DNA of 64,000 bases from an uncultured delta proteobacterium (GTDB taxonomy: Bacteria; Myxococcota; Myxococcia; Myxococcales; Myxococcaceae), in NCBI GenBank assembly GCA_963776345.1, contig CAVZMH010000013.1, positions 96,001 to 160,000 of the forward strand, read 5' to 3'. Under the pieces are notes generated by a model, which saw nothing but the letters and a program-made list of their open reading frames with translations, did not search any database and had not been told where the DNA came from. Position numbers and translations under genes: made by a program. This document shows positions 18,203 through 27,751 of the stretch, piece by piece (position 1 is the stretch's first letter; every line of letters begins with the position of its first letter).

Positions 18203-19753
18203 GTGACGCTGGCCACGCGCATCTTCCTCGGCCACGCGGTGGTACTGGTCACCTTCGGCCTGCTCATCCTCTTCAGCGTCAGCGAGCTCCACCGGAATCA
18301 ACAAGAAATCCGGCTGGTCAGCCAGGGCTACCTGCCGCTGGTCCAGGACGCCGCCGCGCTCGACTCGTTCCAGCGAAACCAGGCCCAGGAGGCGGCGCAG
18401 ATCAGCGCGGAGTCGGATCCACAGACCCGCGCCGCGCTGGTCCGGCTGGCCCCGCTCACCTACCCGCCGCTCCTGCGCGCCCGGCTCAGCTCGCTCGAGT
18501 CCACCCTGACCGTGCTGCGGGCCGACGCTCCGGGCTCCGAGCAGGCCTTCCTCGACTCGGTCCAGACCCGGGTCGAGCACGTGGCGCGAAACCTCGAGCT
18601 GGTGGAGACGACGACCGCACGCACCTGGTCCGACGCGCCCGCGCCCGACGCCCAGCGGGCGCTGGCCGCCGCCCAGGACGGGCTGTCCCGCGAGCTCCGG
18701 GCGCTCCGGGCCGCCCTGGACACCCGGACCCGGGCGGTGGTGATGGAGGCCGAGCGTCGCGACCGCCGCCGCGGCGTGCTGCTCATCGGTCTGTCGGTCG
18801 CGGCCATCGCCGTGGGGCTCCTGGCGACCGCGCTCTCCGCCCGGAGCCTCCGCCCGGTCCGGGCCCTCATCGCGGGCGTGGGGCGCATCCGCAGGGGCGA
18901 CTACACCGCCCAGCTGAACATCCCCGGCGACGACGAGATCTCCCAGCTCGGCCACGAGTTCGACGCGATGAGCCGGGCGCTCGAGGAGCGGGAGCAGGCC
19001 CTGGCCCGCCAGCAGCAGGCGCTCCTCCGGGCCGAGCGCCTCGCGGCCGTGGGCCGGGTCTCGGCGCAGGTGGCCCACGAGGTCAGGAATCCGCTCAGCT
19101 CCATCGGCCTGAACGTGGAGATGCTCGAGGAGGCGCTGGAGCGCGCGCGCTTCGCCACCCCCGCCGAGGCCGACGAGGTGCGAACGCTGCTCCAGGCGGT
19201 CACCCGCGAGGTGGACCGCCTCACCGAGACCACCGAGCGCTACCTGCGCATGGCCCGCTCCCCCGCCCCGGCGCTCGCCGCCGAGGACGTGAACGGCATC
19301 GTCGACGGGGTGCTGGACTTCGCCGCGGGCGAGCTGGGCCGCGCCGGCATCCGCGTGGAGCGCCAGCTGGACCCGTCGCTGCCCCGGGCGCTGGTGGACG
19401 ACGGCCAGCTCCGGCAGGTGCTGCTCAACCTGGTCCGCAACGCCCGCGAGGCGATGGAGGGCGGGGGCACCCTGCGTCTGTCCACCTCGGCCTCGGACGG
19501 CGCGGTCCACGTCCGGGTCGAGGACACCGGGCCCGGCATCCCGGAGGAGGCGCGGGCGCACCTCTTCGACCCGCTCTTCACCACCAAGCGGCACGGCACC
19601 GGGCTCGGGCTGACGCTGAGCCGGCAGATTCTCGAGGCGCATGGGGGGGCGCTGGGCTGCGAGCGCACCGGGCCCTCCGGCACCGTCTTCCACCTCCGGG
19701 TGCCCGCTGCCCCCCTCGCGGCGGCCGGGGGGCAGCCGGCCGCGCACGCCTGA
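18203..19753 (+). CDS. Membrane sensor histidine kinase (HAMP-HisKA-HATPase)
   Basis: Two TMs, HAMP (DEISQLG..F..M), H-box AHEVRNPL, N-box NLVRNA, DTGPGI, FTTK and GTGLGL. Confidence 0.95.
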   Translation: MTLATRIFLGHAVVLVTFGLLILFSVSELHRNQQEIRLVSQGYLPLVQDAAALDSFQRNQAQEAAQISAESDPQTRAALVRLAPLTYPPLLRARLSSLESTLTVLRADAPGSEQAFLDSVQTRVEHVARNLELVETTTARTWSDAPAPDAQRALAAAQDGLSRELRALRAALDTRTRAVVMEAERRDRRRGVLLIGLSVAAIAVGLLATALSARSLRPVRALIAGVGRIRRGDYTAQLNIPGDDEISQLGHEFDAMSRALEEREQALARQQQALLRAERLAAVGRVSAQVAHEVRNPLSSIGLNVEMLEEALERARFATPAEADEVRTLLQAVTREVDRLTETTERYLRMARSPAPALAAEDVNGIVDGVLDFAAGELGRAGIRVERQLDPSLPRALVDDGQLRQVLLNLVRNAREAMEGGGTLRLSTSASDGAVHVRVEDTGPGIPEEARAHLFDPLFTTKRHGTGLGLTLSRQILEAHGGALGCERTGPSGTVFHLRVPAAPLAAAGGQPAAHA

Positions 19754-19832
19754 CCGCCCACCCCCCGGGCGGAGGCCCCGGAAGGGGCGACGGCGGCGGC
19801 GCGTTGCTACGCTCCCTCGTGTCACCTCCCTG

Positions 19833-20180
19833 ATGGATTCCTTCGTCCGCCGCCTCGTGGAACGGCTCCTCGAGCCCTCGCTCCCACTCTCGCGGAACCG
19901 GCACTTCCACACCTTCGAGACGCCCGAGGGGCGACGGGCGCTCACCCTGGCCCGGCGGCTCCGGGGGCTCGCGCGCGACGTGCGGCGGTGCCTCGAGCGA
20001 GGGCGCCCTCCTGAGGTCCAGGCCAGTGGCTCGAACGGCGATCTCCGCATCGAGCTGCGCTTCGAGGACGTGGCGGGACGCCGGACGGCGTTCCTCAGCG
20101 AGGACGAGTACGCCCTGTTGCTCCGGGTGCCCGGCATGGCCGAGGCGCTCGAGGGCGTACGCGGCGAGCCGAGACTCTAG
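19833..20180 (+). CDS. Hypothetical protein
   Basis: MDSFVRRLVERLL...LSRNRHFHTFETPEGRRAL; coding-like codon bias; fills the gap between flanking genes. Confidence 0.7.
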   Translation: MDSFVRRLVERLLEPSLPLSRNRHFHTFETPEGRRALTLARRLRGLARDVRRCLERGRPPEVQASGSNGDLRIELRFEDVAGRRTAFLSEDEYALLLRVPGMAEALEGVRGEPRL

Positions 20181-20220
20181 AGGTGCCGGAGGGAGTTGCT
20201 CGGCAACGCGCGGGCCTGGG

Positions 20221-21648
20221 TCAGCTGGAGAGCCCGGCGTAGGCCAGAAGGACCGAGCGGACCGCCTCGCGGGCCCCCGGGTGCGCCGAGCCCCCGCGCC
20301 CGGCGAGCTCGTCCGGGCAGCGCTCACCGAGCACGGCGAGCGGGGCGTGCTGCTCGTCGGCCACGAAGCGGGCGAGGGCCAGCGTCGCAGGAGCGACGTC
20401 GACCACCACCAGCCCCGCGCCGTCGGCGGTGAACGCGCGCCACAGGGGGCGGCCCAGGTCCCCGGCAGGGACGATGCAGAAGTGGAGCAGGAGACCGTCG
20501 GCCACCTCGAGCTCGGCCACCGTCCCGAGCGCCTGCACCGGCGCGCCCTCGGGCGCGAGCAGCGGCAGCCCTGCGAGCGCCTCGCGAGCCGTCGCGGCGT
20601 CCCGGGCGGCGAGCAGCACCTTCACCACCTGGTTCCGCGCACCGCCGCGTCCCCGCTGGGCGCGCCCCCGGACCGCGTGGGCCTCGGCCGCGGACAGGAG
20701 CGGCTCGGGCGCGGGCGGGGCGTCCACGTCGATCGGCTGGACCAGGCCCTCGCCGTGGAGCATCGCCAGGGCCTGCAGCACCCCGAGATCCGGCGCGTCG
20801 ACCGAGTCCAGGACCTCCGACACGTTCCGGGGGGTCTCCAGCCGGCTCAGCACCTCGCGGGCGAGCGGAGGGACCGCCCGGAGCTCCGCGCCGGGGGCCT
20901 GCGCCCAGCGCGTCCCGGGAGCCGGGAGGGCGTCGAGCAGCCGGCGGCACTCGTCCAGCTGGCGCGCGCCCTCGAGCAGGAGCTCGTCGGCTCCCCGCGT
21001 GATGCGCACCTCCGCGGAGGCGGGGCCCGGCTGGAAGGAGAACGTTCCCTCCCCCCACCCCAGGAGCCGGAACAGCGCCTTCTCCCCCTGCACCACGCCG
21101 GCGCGGGCGTCGACGGGGCGGCCCTCCAGCAGCTCCACCTCGCCGCGCTCCGGGCCGCGGCGCAAGGTCACCCGGCCGGTGCGGCGGGCCAGCGCCAGCG
21201 TCTGGAGCAGGTCCGGGAGCCCGAGCTGGGCGAGCGCCCCCTCGATCTCCTGCGGCTCGGTCGCGTCGCTGCGGGCCCGCTCCACGCGCGCCAGGACATC
21301 GTCGATGTGCGCCAGCACCTCGTCCAGGTTGTAGGGCTTGCGGAGCAGCGCGCCCGGCCCGTCGCGCATCGCCTCGTCCGCCTCCTCGGCGCTGGCGGTG
21401 ACCACCACCGGGATGGTGTCGGTGCGGGGGTTGGTGCGGAGGATGTCGACGAAGGTCCGCGCGTCGAGGACCGGGCAGCTCCGATCGAAGAGCACCAGGT
21501 CCGGTTGCCGGAGCACCGCCAGCTCGAGCGCCCGCGCCCCGTCCCGCGCCGAGTAGACCTGGCATCCCTTCTGCCGGAGCGCCCGGGTGAGCGCCCGCAC
21601 CGAGGCGAGGTCGGGGTCGGCGAGCAGGACCTTTCGAACGGGGGTCAT
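20221..21648 (-). CDS. Response regulator: receiver + DUF4388 (PATAN-like) + degenerate small-GTPase-like C-terminus
   Basis: Receiver KVLLAD...PDLVLFD...LLRKP; DUF4388 IEGALAQLGLPDLLQTL...RTG...GEKALFRLLGWGEGTFSF; C-terminal LHFCIVPAG...RPLW...DGAGLVVVD. Confidence 0.8.
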   Translation of the reverse strand: MTPVRKVLLADPDLASVRALTRALRQKGCQVYSARDGARALELAVLRQPDLVLFDRSCPVLDARTFVDILRTNPRTDTIPVVVTASAEEADEAMRDGPGALLRKPYNLDEVLAHIDDVLARVERARSDATEPQEIEGALAQLGLPDLLQTLALARRTGRVTLRRGPERGEVELLEGRPVDARAGVVQGEKALFRLLGWGEGTFSFQPGPASAEVRITRGADELLLEGARQLDECRRLLDALPAPGTRWAQAPGAELRAVPPLAREVLSRLETPRNVSEVLDSVDAPDLGVLQALAMLHGEGLVQPIDVDAPPAPEPLLSAAEAHAVRGRAQRGRGGARNQVVKVLLAARDAATAREALAGLPLLAPEGAPVQALGTVAELEVADGLLLHFCIVPAGDLGRPLWRAFTADGAGLVVVDVAPATLALARFVADEQHAPLAVLGERCPDELAGRGGSAHPGAREAVRSVLLAYAGLSS

Positions 21649-21650
21649 GA

Positions 21651-23450
21651 TCAGTAAGGCTGGAGGTCGTACGCGGTCTGCAGCTTGGAGACGAGCCCGT
21701 CCACCAGCGCGGCGTCGGAGGAGTGGAAGGCCCAGGTCGCGCCCCGGCCGCGCCGCTGGAGCAGGGCGTACGCCGACGCACCGTGGAGCCAGAGCACGAA
21801 CTGGTGCCGGAGGAGCCGCTCGTCCCCGCCGAGCACCAGCGGGGTGAGCCCCGGCCGGGGCGTCACCTCCGCCCGCCGGGCGAGCAGGTAGACCCGCGGC
21901 GCGAAGTCCTGGGTGGCGCGCTCCAGCGCCCGGACCAGCGGCAACCCGGGACCGGCCTCGGCGCCGCCGAGGTAGACGAGGCTCCGGACGCCCGGCTCGC
22001 GCAGCAGGGCCCGGCCAATCTCCGCCTGCACCTCGTCGAACAGCTCCTCGGGCACCCGGCCCCGCCGGGAGGGGTCGGCCCCCTCCTCCGCCGGGAGCCG
22101 CGGGCCCTCTGGCGATCCGAGCAGCAGCTCCACCGCCTCCCAGAAGCCCACGGGGTCCAGCACCAGCCGGCGGTAGAGCGAGGCACGGCGCTGCTCCAGC
22201 CGCGCGCGGCAGGCCTCGGTGAGGAAGTCCAGGTCCTCGCCATCGCGCGGGAAGCTCGCCGCCCCGCCCATGAGCTGCAGGGGAGCGGCCCCCTCCACTG
22301 CCCGGAGCTCCGGCGCCTCGCGGGCGGCGGCGAGAGCGCGGCGGAGGAAGACCTGCGCCCCGAAGGCGTCCGTCTCGGGGAGCAGGAGCAGGAACTCCTG
22401 CTCGGCCACCTTGGCCAGCACGTCCGACTCGCGCAGCACCCGCCCCAGCGCCCGCGTCGTCCCCCGCACCACCGCCCGGACCTGGTCGGTGCCGGCGCGG
22501 GCGCGCAGGTGCGGCAGCCCGTCGAGGGAGAAGCCGAGGAGCGAGAAGCCGCGGCCGTAGCGCCGGGCCTTGTCGATCTCCTTGGTGGCGTAGTCGGTGA
22601 AGTAGGCGAGGTTGTACGCGGACGAGTCCGGGTCCCGGAGGGCCAGTCGCTGGAGCGCCCGGAACCGCCGGGCCGAGAGCAGGGCCGCTGCACCGACCCC
22701 GCCGAGCGCGGCCGCCGCCTCCATCGCCACCGGCGGGAAGCCACCGGCCGGGTCCGACAGCTGCGCGAGTGCGAGCCCCTCGCCGCGGGCGGCGAGCGGG
22801 ACGAAGAGCCCCGGGCCCTCCACCAGCCACGGCCGCCCCCCAGAGACCAGCTCCCGGGCCGCGGCGTCCGGGGCCAGGAGCTCGGCGTAGGCGTCGCGCT
22901 GGAGGCGGCCCACCGTGGCGCGGAGCACGAGGCGTCCGGCGTCGTCGGCGAGCCAGAGCGCGCCCGAGCCGGCGCCGGCCACGCGGACCAGCTCGCCGAG
23001 CAGGAGCTCGTGGAAGCCCTCGGCGTCGGGGTCGCGGAGGAGCGCCGCCGCCCGCCGGTGCAGCTCGGCCTCCTGCCGGGCCACCGCGGCCTCGGACCTC
23101 GCGGCGTCGCGCTCGCGGCGGAGGTTCACCCACGGGACGCAGCGCTCCACCGCGGCCACCAGCGCGCCGCCGTCGGCCGACGAGGCCCACTCGAAGGGCG
23201 CGGTGAGCTGCGGCAGGGCGCGGCCCGGATCCACCCAGGCCACCACCGGCACGTCGGGGCACACGCCGCGGAACGACTCGAGCGCCGAGGCGTCGCCATG
23301 GGCCCCGATGACCAGCACCTCGGGCGAGCCAGCCTGCCGCTCGAGCTGCGCCGGGTCGCCGGCCCAGGACACCACGTGCCCGGCCTCGGCCAGCCGCGCG
23401 GACAGCCAGGAGCGCGCCGGCGCGCGGGCGTCCACCACCCAGAGCTGCAC
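21651..23450 (-). CDS. Receiver-like + GAF + degenerate GGDEF domain protein
   Basis: RDPDSSAYNLAYF...EIDKARRYG...LRESDVLAKVAEQEFLLLLPET...GAASFPRDGED; the GGDEF motif is replaced by AEQEF. Start uncertain. Confidence 0.8.
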   Translation of the reverse strand: MQLWVVDARAPARSWLSARLAEAGHVVSWAGDPAQLERQAGSPEVLVIGAHGDASALESFRGVCPDVPVVAWVDPGRALPQLTAPFEWASSADGGALVAAVERCVPWVNLRRERDAARSEAAVARQEAELHRRAAALLRDPDAEGFHELLLGELVRVAGAGSGALWLADDAGRLVLRATVGRLQRDAYAELLAPDAAARELVSGGRPWLVEGPGLFVPLAARGEGLALAQLSDPAGGFPPVAMEAAAALGGVGAAALLSARRFRALQRLALRDPDSSAYNLAYFTDYATKEIDKARRYGRGFSLLGFSLDGLPHLRARAGTDQVRAVVRGTTRALGRVLRESDVLAKVAEQEFLLLLPETDAFGAQVFLRRALAAAREAPELRAVEGAAPLQLMGGAASFPRDGEDLDFLTEACRARLEQRRASLYRRLVLDPVGFWEAVELLLGSPEGPRLPAEEGADPSRRGRVPEELFDEVQAEIGRALLREPGVRSLVYLGGAEAGPGLPLVRALERATQDFAPRVYLLARRAEVTPRPGLTPLVLGGDERLLRHQFVLWLHGASAYALLQRRGRGATWAFHSSDAALVDGLVSKLQTAYDLQPY

Positions 23451-23491
23451 CGGAGCGGGCGTGAGGGGCCGCGGGCTGACGAGCGGGGCGG

Positions 23492-24340
23492 TCAGTCGAG
23501 CAGCGCCTCCGGCAGCTCGGCGCTGAAGACGAAGCGCGCCGGGCCGCGCAAGGTGGTGCGCTGGAGATCCTCGGACACTCGGATCTGGAGGCGCCCGCCC
23601 GGCAGGTCCACCGGGACGAAGACGTCCGGGGAAACCCAGCGGGCCACCACGGCCGCCGCCACTGCGGCCACCGCACCCGTGCCACAGGCGTCGGTCAGTC
23701 CGGCGCCGCGCTCCCAGACCGAGACGCGGAGCCCGCCGGCCGAGCGGGTCACCGCCTCGACGTTGGTGCGCTCGGGGAAGCCCGGGAGGCGCTCCAGCCG
23801 GGGCCCGTGCTCGCGCACCGCCTCCGGGGGCGCACCGAGGAGGACCAGGTGCGGGTTGCCCATGCTGACCGCGGTGCCGGGCCAGGCGACGCCGGGCACG
23901 GGCGCCGACACGAACGGGCCGCCCGCGGGGCCCGGCGGGAGCTGCGGCGCCTGGAGGCGCGCCGGACCGAGCTCGACCTCGATCTCGACCACCTCCGCGC
24001 CGGCCCGGCGCACGCGCGCCGGTAGCACCCCCGCGCCCGTCTCGACCTCCAGGGCGTCGCGCCCGGGCTCCCGGTCGAGCAGGTGCTTCACCACGCACCG
24101 GAGCCCGTTGCCGCACATCTCCGCCACGCTGCCGTCCGCGTTGTGCACCACCATCCGCACGGCGGCCCGGGCCGAGGGGAGCAGCACCAGCACCCCGTCG
24201 GCCCCCACGCCCCGGCGCCGGTCGCACAGGGCACGCGAAGCCTCCGCCGAGACGTCCTCGCCCGAGGCGCGGCGGTCGAGCACCACGAAGTCGTTGCCCA
24301 GCCCCTCGTACTTGAAGCCCTGCTCGACCCGCTGGCTCAC
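23492..24340 (-). CDS. dapF: Diaminopimelate epimerase
   Basis: KYEGLGNDF, EMCGNG, SMGNPH, ERGAGLTDACGTG motifs with both catalytic Cys. Confidence 0.95.
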   Translation of the reverse strand: MSQRVEQGFKYEGLGNDFVVLDRRASGEDVSAEASRALCDRRRGVGADGVLVLLPSARAAVRMVVHNADGSVAEMCGNGLRCVVKHLLDREPGRDALEVETGAGVLPARVRRAGAEVVEIEVELGPARLQAPQLPPGPAGGPFVSAPVPGVAWPGTAVSMGNPHLVLLGAPPEAVREHGPRLERLPGFPERTNVEAVTRSAGGLRVSVWERGAGLTDACGTGAVAAVAAAVVARWVSPDVFVPVDLPGGRLQIRVSEDLQRTTLRGPARFVFSAELPEALLD

Positions 24341-27300
24341 GGCTCTCCCTCGCCGGAGCGCCGCGAGGCGGTGCGCGCCGCCGCGCGCCGGAAGGCGAGC
24401 AGCTCTCCCTCCTGGGCCGCGAGCCGCCGCTGCAGCTGGTCCACCCGGGCCGAGAGCTCCTGCTCCCGCGCCCGCGCCTCCTCCCGCTCGTGGGCGCGCA
24501 CATCGGCCAGCTCGTCCCGGGCGGCCACCGCGTCGGCGAGCATCTGCTGGAGCGCACCCGGGGCGGCGGGCTCACCCGCGACGCGCGCCGCCTCCAGCGC
24601 CTCGGTCAGCGCCTGCTCGTGCGCCGCGGCCTGCTCGGCCTGCGCGGCGAGCGCGTCGCGCTCGAACTGCGCCGAGGCCAGCTCGTCGCCGAGCCTCCCG
24701 AGCTGCTCCTCGAGCTCGGCCACCCGCCCCTCGGCCGACTCCTTCTCCTCGTCCCGGACCCGGACCCGGGCGCGCTCCTGGGCGAGCTCGCGCTGGAGCT
24801 GCTCCCGGGCCACCTTCGCCGCCCGCGCCTGCTCCTCGCCGCCGCTCTGCCCGGCCTCGAGCGCGGACAGCCGGGCGGCGCTCTCCTGGCTCGCCGCCTC
24901 GAGCGCCGCCAGCCGCTCCAGCGCCGCGTCGCGCTCGCTGGCCACCAGGTCGCGCTCGGCCAGGAGCTGATCGCGCGCCGACTCCCCGGCCTGCGCTCGC
25001 TGCCCGGCCGCCTCCAGCGCCGCCTCGAGCGCATCCACCCGGGCCCGCGCGTCCCCGAGCGCCTGACCGAAGGCCTCGGCCCGCGCCGCCACCTCTGCGT
25101 GCTGGGCGCCTAGCCCGGAGAGCTCCTCGGTGCGCTCGGCGAGCGCGGCGGCGGTGTGCTGCAGCTCCACCTCCAGGGTGGCCAGCCGCGCCTCGAACGC
25201 GGTCGCGGCGTCGGAGGCTCCGCGCCGGGCCTCCTCCAGCGCCTGGGAGACCCCGGTTCGCCCCTCGTCGGCCTCCGCCAGCCGCTGCTCGAGCGAGGCA
25301 AGGTGGGCCTCGAGCCGCGCCGCCTCGGCCGACGCGGCGCGGGCCGACTCCTGCGCGGAGTCGCGCTCGGCGGAGAGCCGCGCCGCCGACTCTTCCAGCG
25401 CCGAGAGCCGCTCGCGCGCTCCGCCGAGCTCGGACTCGGCCTCGGCGAGCGCCCCGGCGCGACTCCGCGACTCCTCCTCCAGCCGCGCCCGCTCCGCCTC
25501 CAGCCCGGCCGCCCTCGTCTGCAGCGCGACGTGCGCCTCCCCGAGCTCGCCCCGGGCACGCAGGTCCTCCTCGATTCGGGCGCGGGCGGCCTCGGCCTCC
25601 GCCAGGTGCCCCTCCAACGCGGCGCGCGCGTCCCGGAGCTCGGCGAGCTCCGCCCTCCGGACGGCCTCGACCTCCGCCTCGGCGCGGGCGCGCGCCTGCA
25701 GCGACTGGAGCTGGGTGTCGAGCTCCTCGGTGCGCCGGAGCTGCAGCTCGAGCCCGGTGACCGTCCGCCCGTGCGCCTCGGCGCGCTCGGCCTGCACGCG
25801 CGCCTCCCCCTCGGCGCGCTCGGCACGGGCCACCGCCTCCCGGGCGAACACCGCGGTGCTGGACGCCCGCTCCTCGGCCCGGGCCAGCGCCTCCTTCGCC
25901 TCGGACAGCTCGGCCGAGAGCGCGGCCACCTCCCGGTCCCGCTCGGCCCGGGCCGCCTGGGCGCCCGCGAGCGCCTGCTCCAGCGACTCCCGGGCCAGTG
26001 CCAGCTCCCGGGCGGAGGCTGCCTCCGGCGGCGGCTCGAAGTTGGCCTGGGCGAGCGCGGCCTCGGCGCTCGCCAGCCGCTCCTCGAGCGAGGCGGCCAG
26101 CGCGCGGGCCGACGACTCCTGCTTCTCCAGCACCACCTGCCGGTCGGCGAGGCGCTGGCGCTCGCCGGTGGCGGCGAGCAGCTCGGTCCGGAGCGCCTCC
26201 AGCTGCTCGGCGGACGGACCGGTCGGCGGGACCGCGCGCGCCTGGGCGAGCTCTTCCTCCCATCGCTGGCGGTTCGCCTCGGCGGTGCGCTCCTCCCGGG
26301 CGCGCTCGGCCTCGAGCCAGCCCGCGCGTTGCTCGAGCGCCTCGACGCGGCTCCTCGCCTGGGCGAGCTCCGCCTGGCTGCCCTCCAGCGCAGTGAGGAC
26401 CAGCGAGTGCTGCTCGGCGAGCCGCAGCTCCCGCTCGCGGGCCTGCGTCAGCCGCTCCTCGAGCCCCTGCAGCTCCGAGCCACGGGCCTCGAGCGTGAGG
26501 CGGCCGCGCTCGCCGTCGGTCCGCGTCCGGGTGAGCTCCTCGCGCACCGTGCGCAGCTCGTCGTAGGCGGCGGTCAGCTTGGTGCGGGCGTCGTCCAGCT
26601 GCCGCTGCAGCTCCTCGCGCCGGGCGCGCTCGAGCCGCACCGACTCCTGGGCGGCCAGCACCTCGGCCTGCTGCTGCCGCTCCTGGACCCGGGCTGCGTC
26701 GGACTCGGCGGCCCGGGCGGCCAGCCGGCGCTCGGCCTCCGTAGCCCGGTCGGACGCGAGCTGCAGCTCGGACTCGAGCCGTCGGATGCGCGCGGCGAGC
26801 TCGTCCTGGACCACCGGGTGGAGCGCGGCGGCGCCCCGCACCTCCGCGTCGGCTTGGGCCCGGGCGGCCTCCTCGCGGGCGCGCTCCAGCGCCTCCCGGG
26901 TGGCCTCGAGGTCCCCCTTGGCACCGGCGAGCTCCTCGCGGGCCTCGGCCAGCGCGGTCTTCAGCCGCCGGGCGCGCTCCTCCCACTCGCGGGCCCGGGT
27001 GGAGGCCTCGTCGAGCCGGCCCCCGGTGAAGGCCAGCGGCGCGGGCGGCAGCTGCACCCAGGTGGGGTCCACCGCGCGCAGCCGCTCCCGGCTCCCGAGG
27101 ACGACGAAGTAGGCGGCCTCGCCCGTGCCGGCGAGGGAGCCGTCGACCTGGAGACCCTCGCTCCGCTCGAAGGCCAGCTGGTAGCCGAGCAGCGGGCTCT
27201 GGGTGGCGGTCTCGAGGTGGGGGAAGTGGGCAGCCAGCGCGTCCAGCACCTGCCCGTAGGTGGGCGGGGCGCCCTCGCCGTCGGGCTCCATCAGCTGGGC

Positions 27301-27723
27301 GAGCGCCAGCCCCGCGGGGTTCCGGATCCCCCCCACCAGCACCCCGGTGCTCGACACCTGGTCGGCGAGCTGGGCGAGCAGCGCCGGGGCGCGCACGTAC
27401 GGCGCCAGGTCGGCGACCAGGACCAGGTCGAAGCCGCCGGGCGGCAGGTCGTCGAACACCGCGGGGCGGAACCGGAGCCGCTCGCTCCCGGCGCGGGCCT
27501 GGGCGGCCTCCACCGCGGCCAGGTCGTCGTCGCAGGCCACCACCAGGCGGGCCCCGCGGGAGACCAGGAATTCAGCGGATGCGCCGCCCGTGGCCGCCAC
27601 GGCCCCCACCTCCAGCACCCTCCTGCGCACGAAGAGGCTCTCGGCGAAGATGTAGCGGGGGAGCAGCTCACTGACGCCCAGGCGTCGGAAGGTCAGGTTC
27701 AAGGGACGTCGCTCTCGGGTCAC
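24337..27723 (-). CDS. Class I methyltransferase-like N-terminal domain fused to a very long (~850 aa) coiled coil
   Basis: RYIFA...RRVLEVG...LVVACD...FDLVLV N-terminus, then continuous E/A/R/L heptad-rich sequence. Confidence 0.8.
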   Translation of the reverse strand: MTRERRPLNLTFRRLGVSELLPRYIFAESLFVRRRVLEVGAVAATGGASAEFLVSRGARLVVACDDDLAAVEAAQARAGSERLRFRPAVFDDLPPGGFDLVLVADLAPYVRAPALLAQLADQVSSTGVLVGGIRNPAGLALAQLMEPDGEGAPPTYGQVLDALAAHFPHLETATQSPLLGYQLAFERSEGLQVDGSLAGTGEAAYFVVLGSRERLRAVDPTWVQLPPAPLAFTGGRLDEASTRAREWEERARRLKTALAEAREELAGAKGDLEATREALERAREEAARAQADAEVRGAAALHPVVQDELAARIRRLESELQLASDRATEAERRLAARAAESDAARVQERQQQAEVLAAQESVRLERARREELQRQLDDARTKLTAAYDELRTVREELTRTRTDGERGRLTLEARGSELQGLEERLTQARERELRLAEQHSLVLTALEGSQAELAQARSRVEALEQRAGWLEAERAREERTAEANRQRWEEELAQARAVPPTGPSAEQLEALRTELLAATGERQRLADRQVVLEKQESSARALAASLEERLASAEAALAQANFEPPPEAASARELALARESLEQALAGAQAARAERDREVAALSAELSEAKEALARAEERASSTAVFAREAVARAERAEGEARVQAERAEAHGRTVTGLELQLRRTEELDTQLQSLQARARAEAEVEAVRRAELAELRDARAALEGHLAEAEAARARIEEDLRARGELGEAHVALQTRAAGLEAERARLEEESRSRAGALAEAESELGGARERLSALEESAARLSAERDSAQESARAASAEAARLEAHLASLEQRLAEADEGRTGVSQALEEARRGASDAATAFEARLATLEVELQHTAAALAERTEELSGLGAQHAEVAARAEAFGQALGDARARVDALEAALEAAGQRAQAGESARDQLLAERDLVASERDAALERLAALEAASQESAARLSALEAGQSGGEEQARAAKVAREQLQRELAQERARVRVRDEEKESAEGRVAELEEQLGRLGDELASAQFERDALAAQAEQAAAHEQALTEALEAARVAGEPAAPGALQQMLADAVAARDELADVRAHEREEARAREQELSARVDQLQRRLAAQEGELLAFRRAAARTASRRSGEGEP

Positions 27724-27751
27724 GGAGTATACCGGCGTTCAGGAGACCCTC

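Noticed and set aside
24337..27000. SMC/chromosome segregation protein or phage tape-measure protein
   Set aside because: No Walker A/B or hinge motifs and no phage genes nearby; only generic coiled-coil composition.
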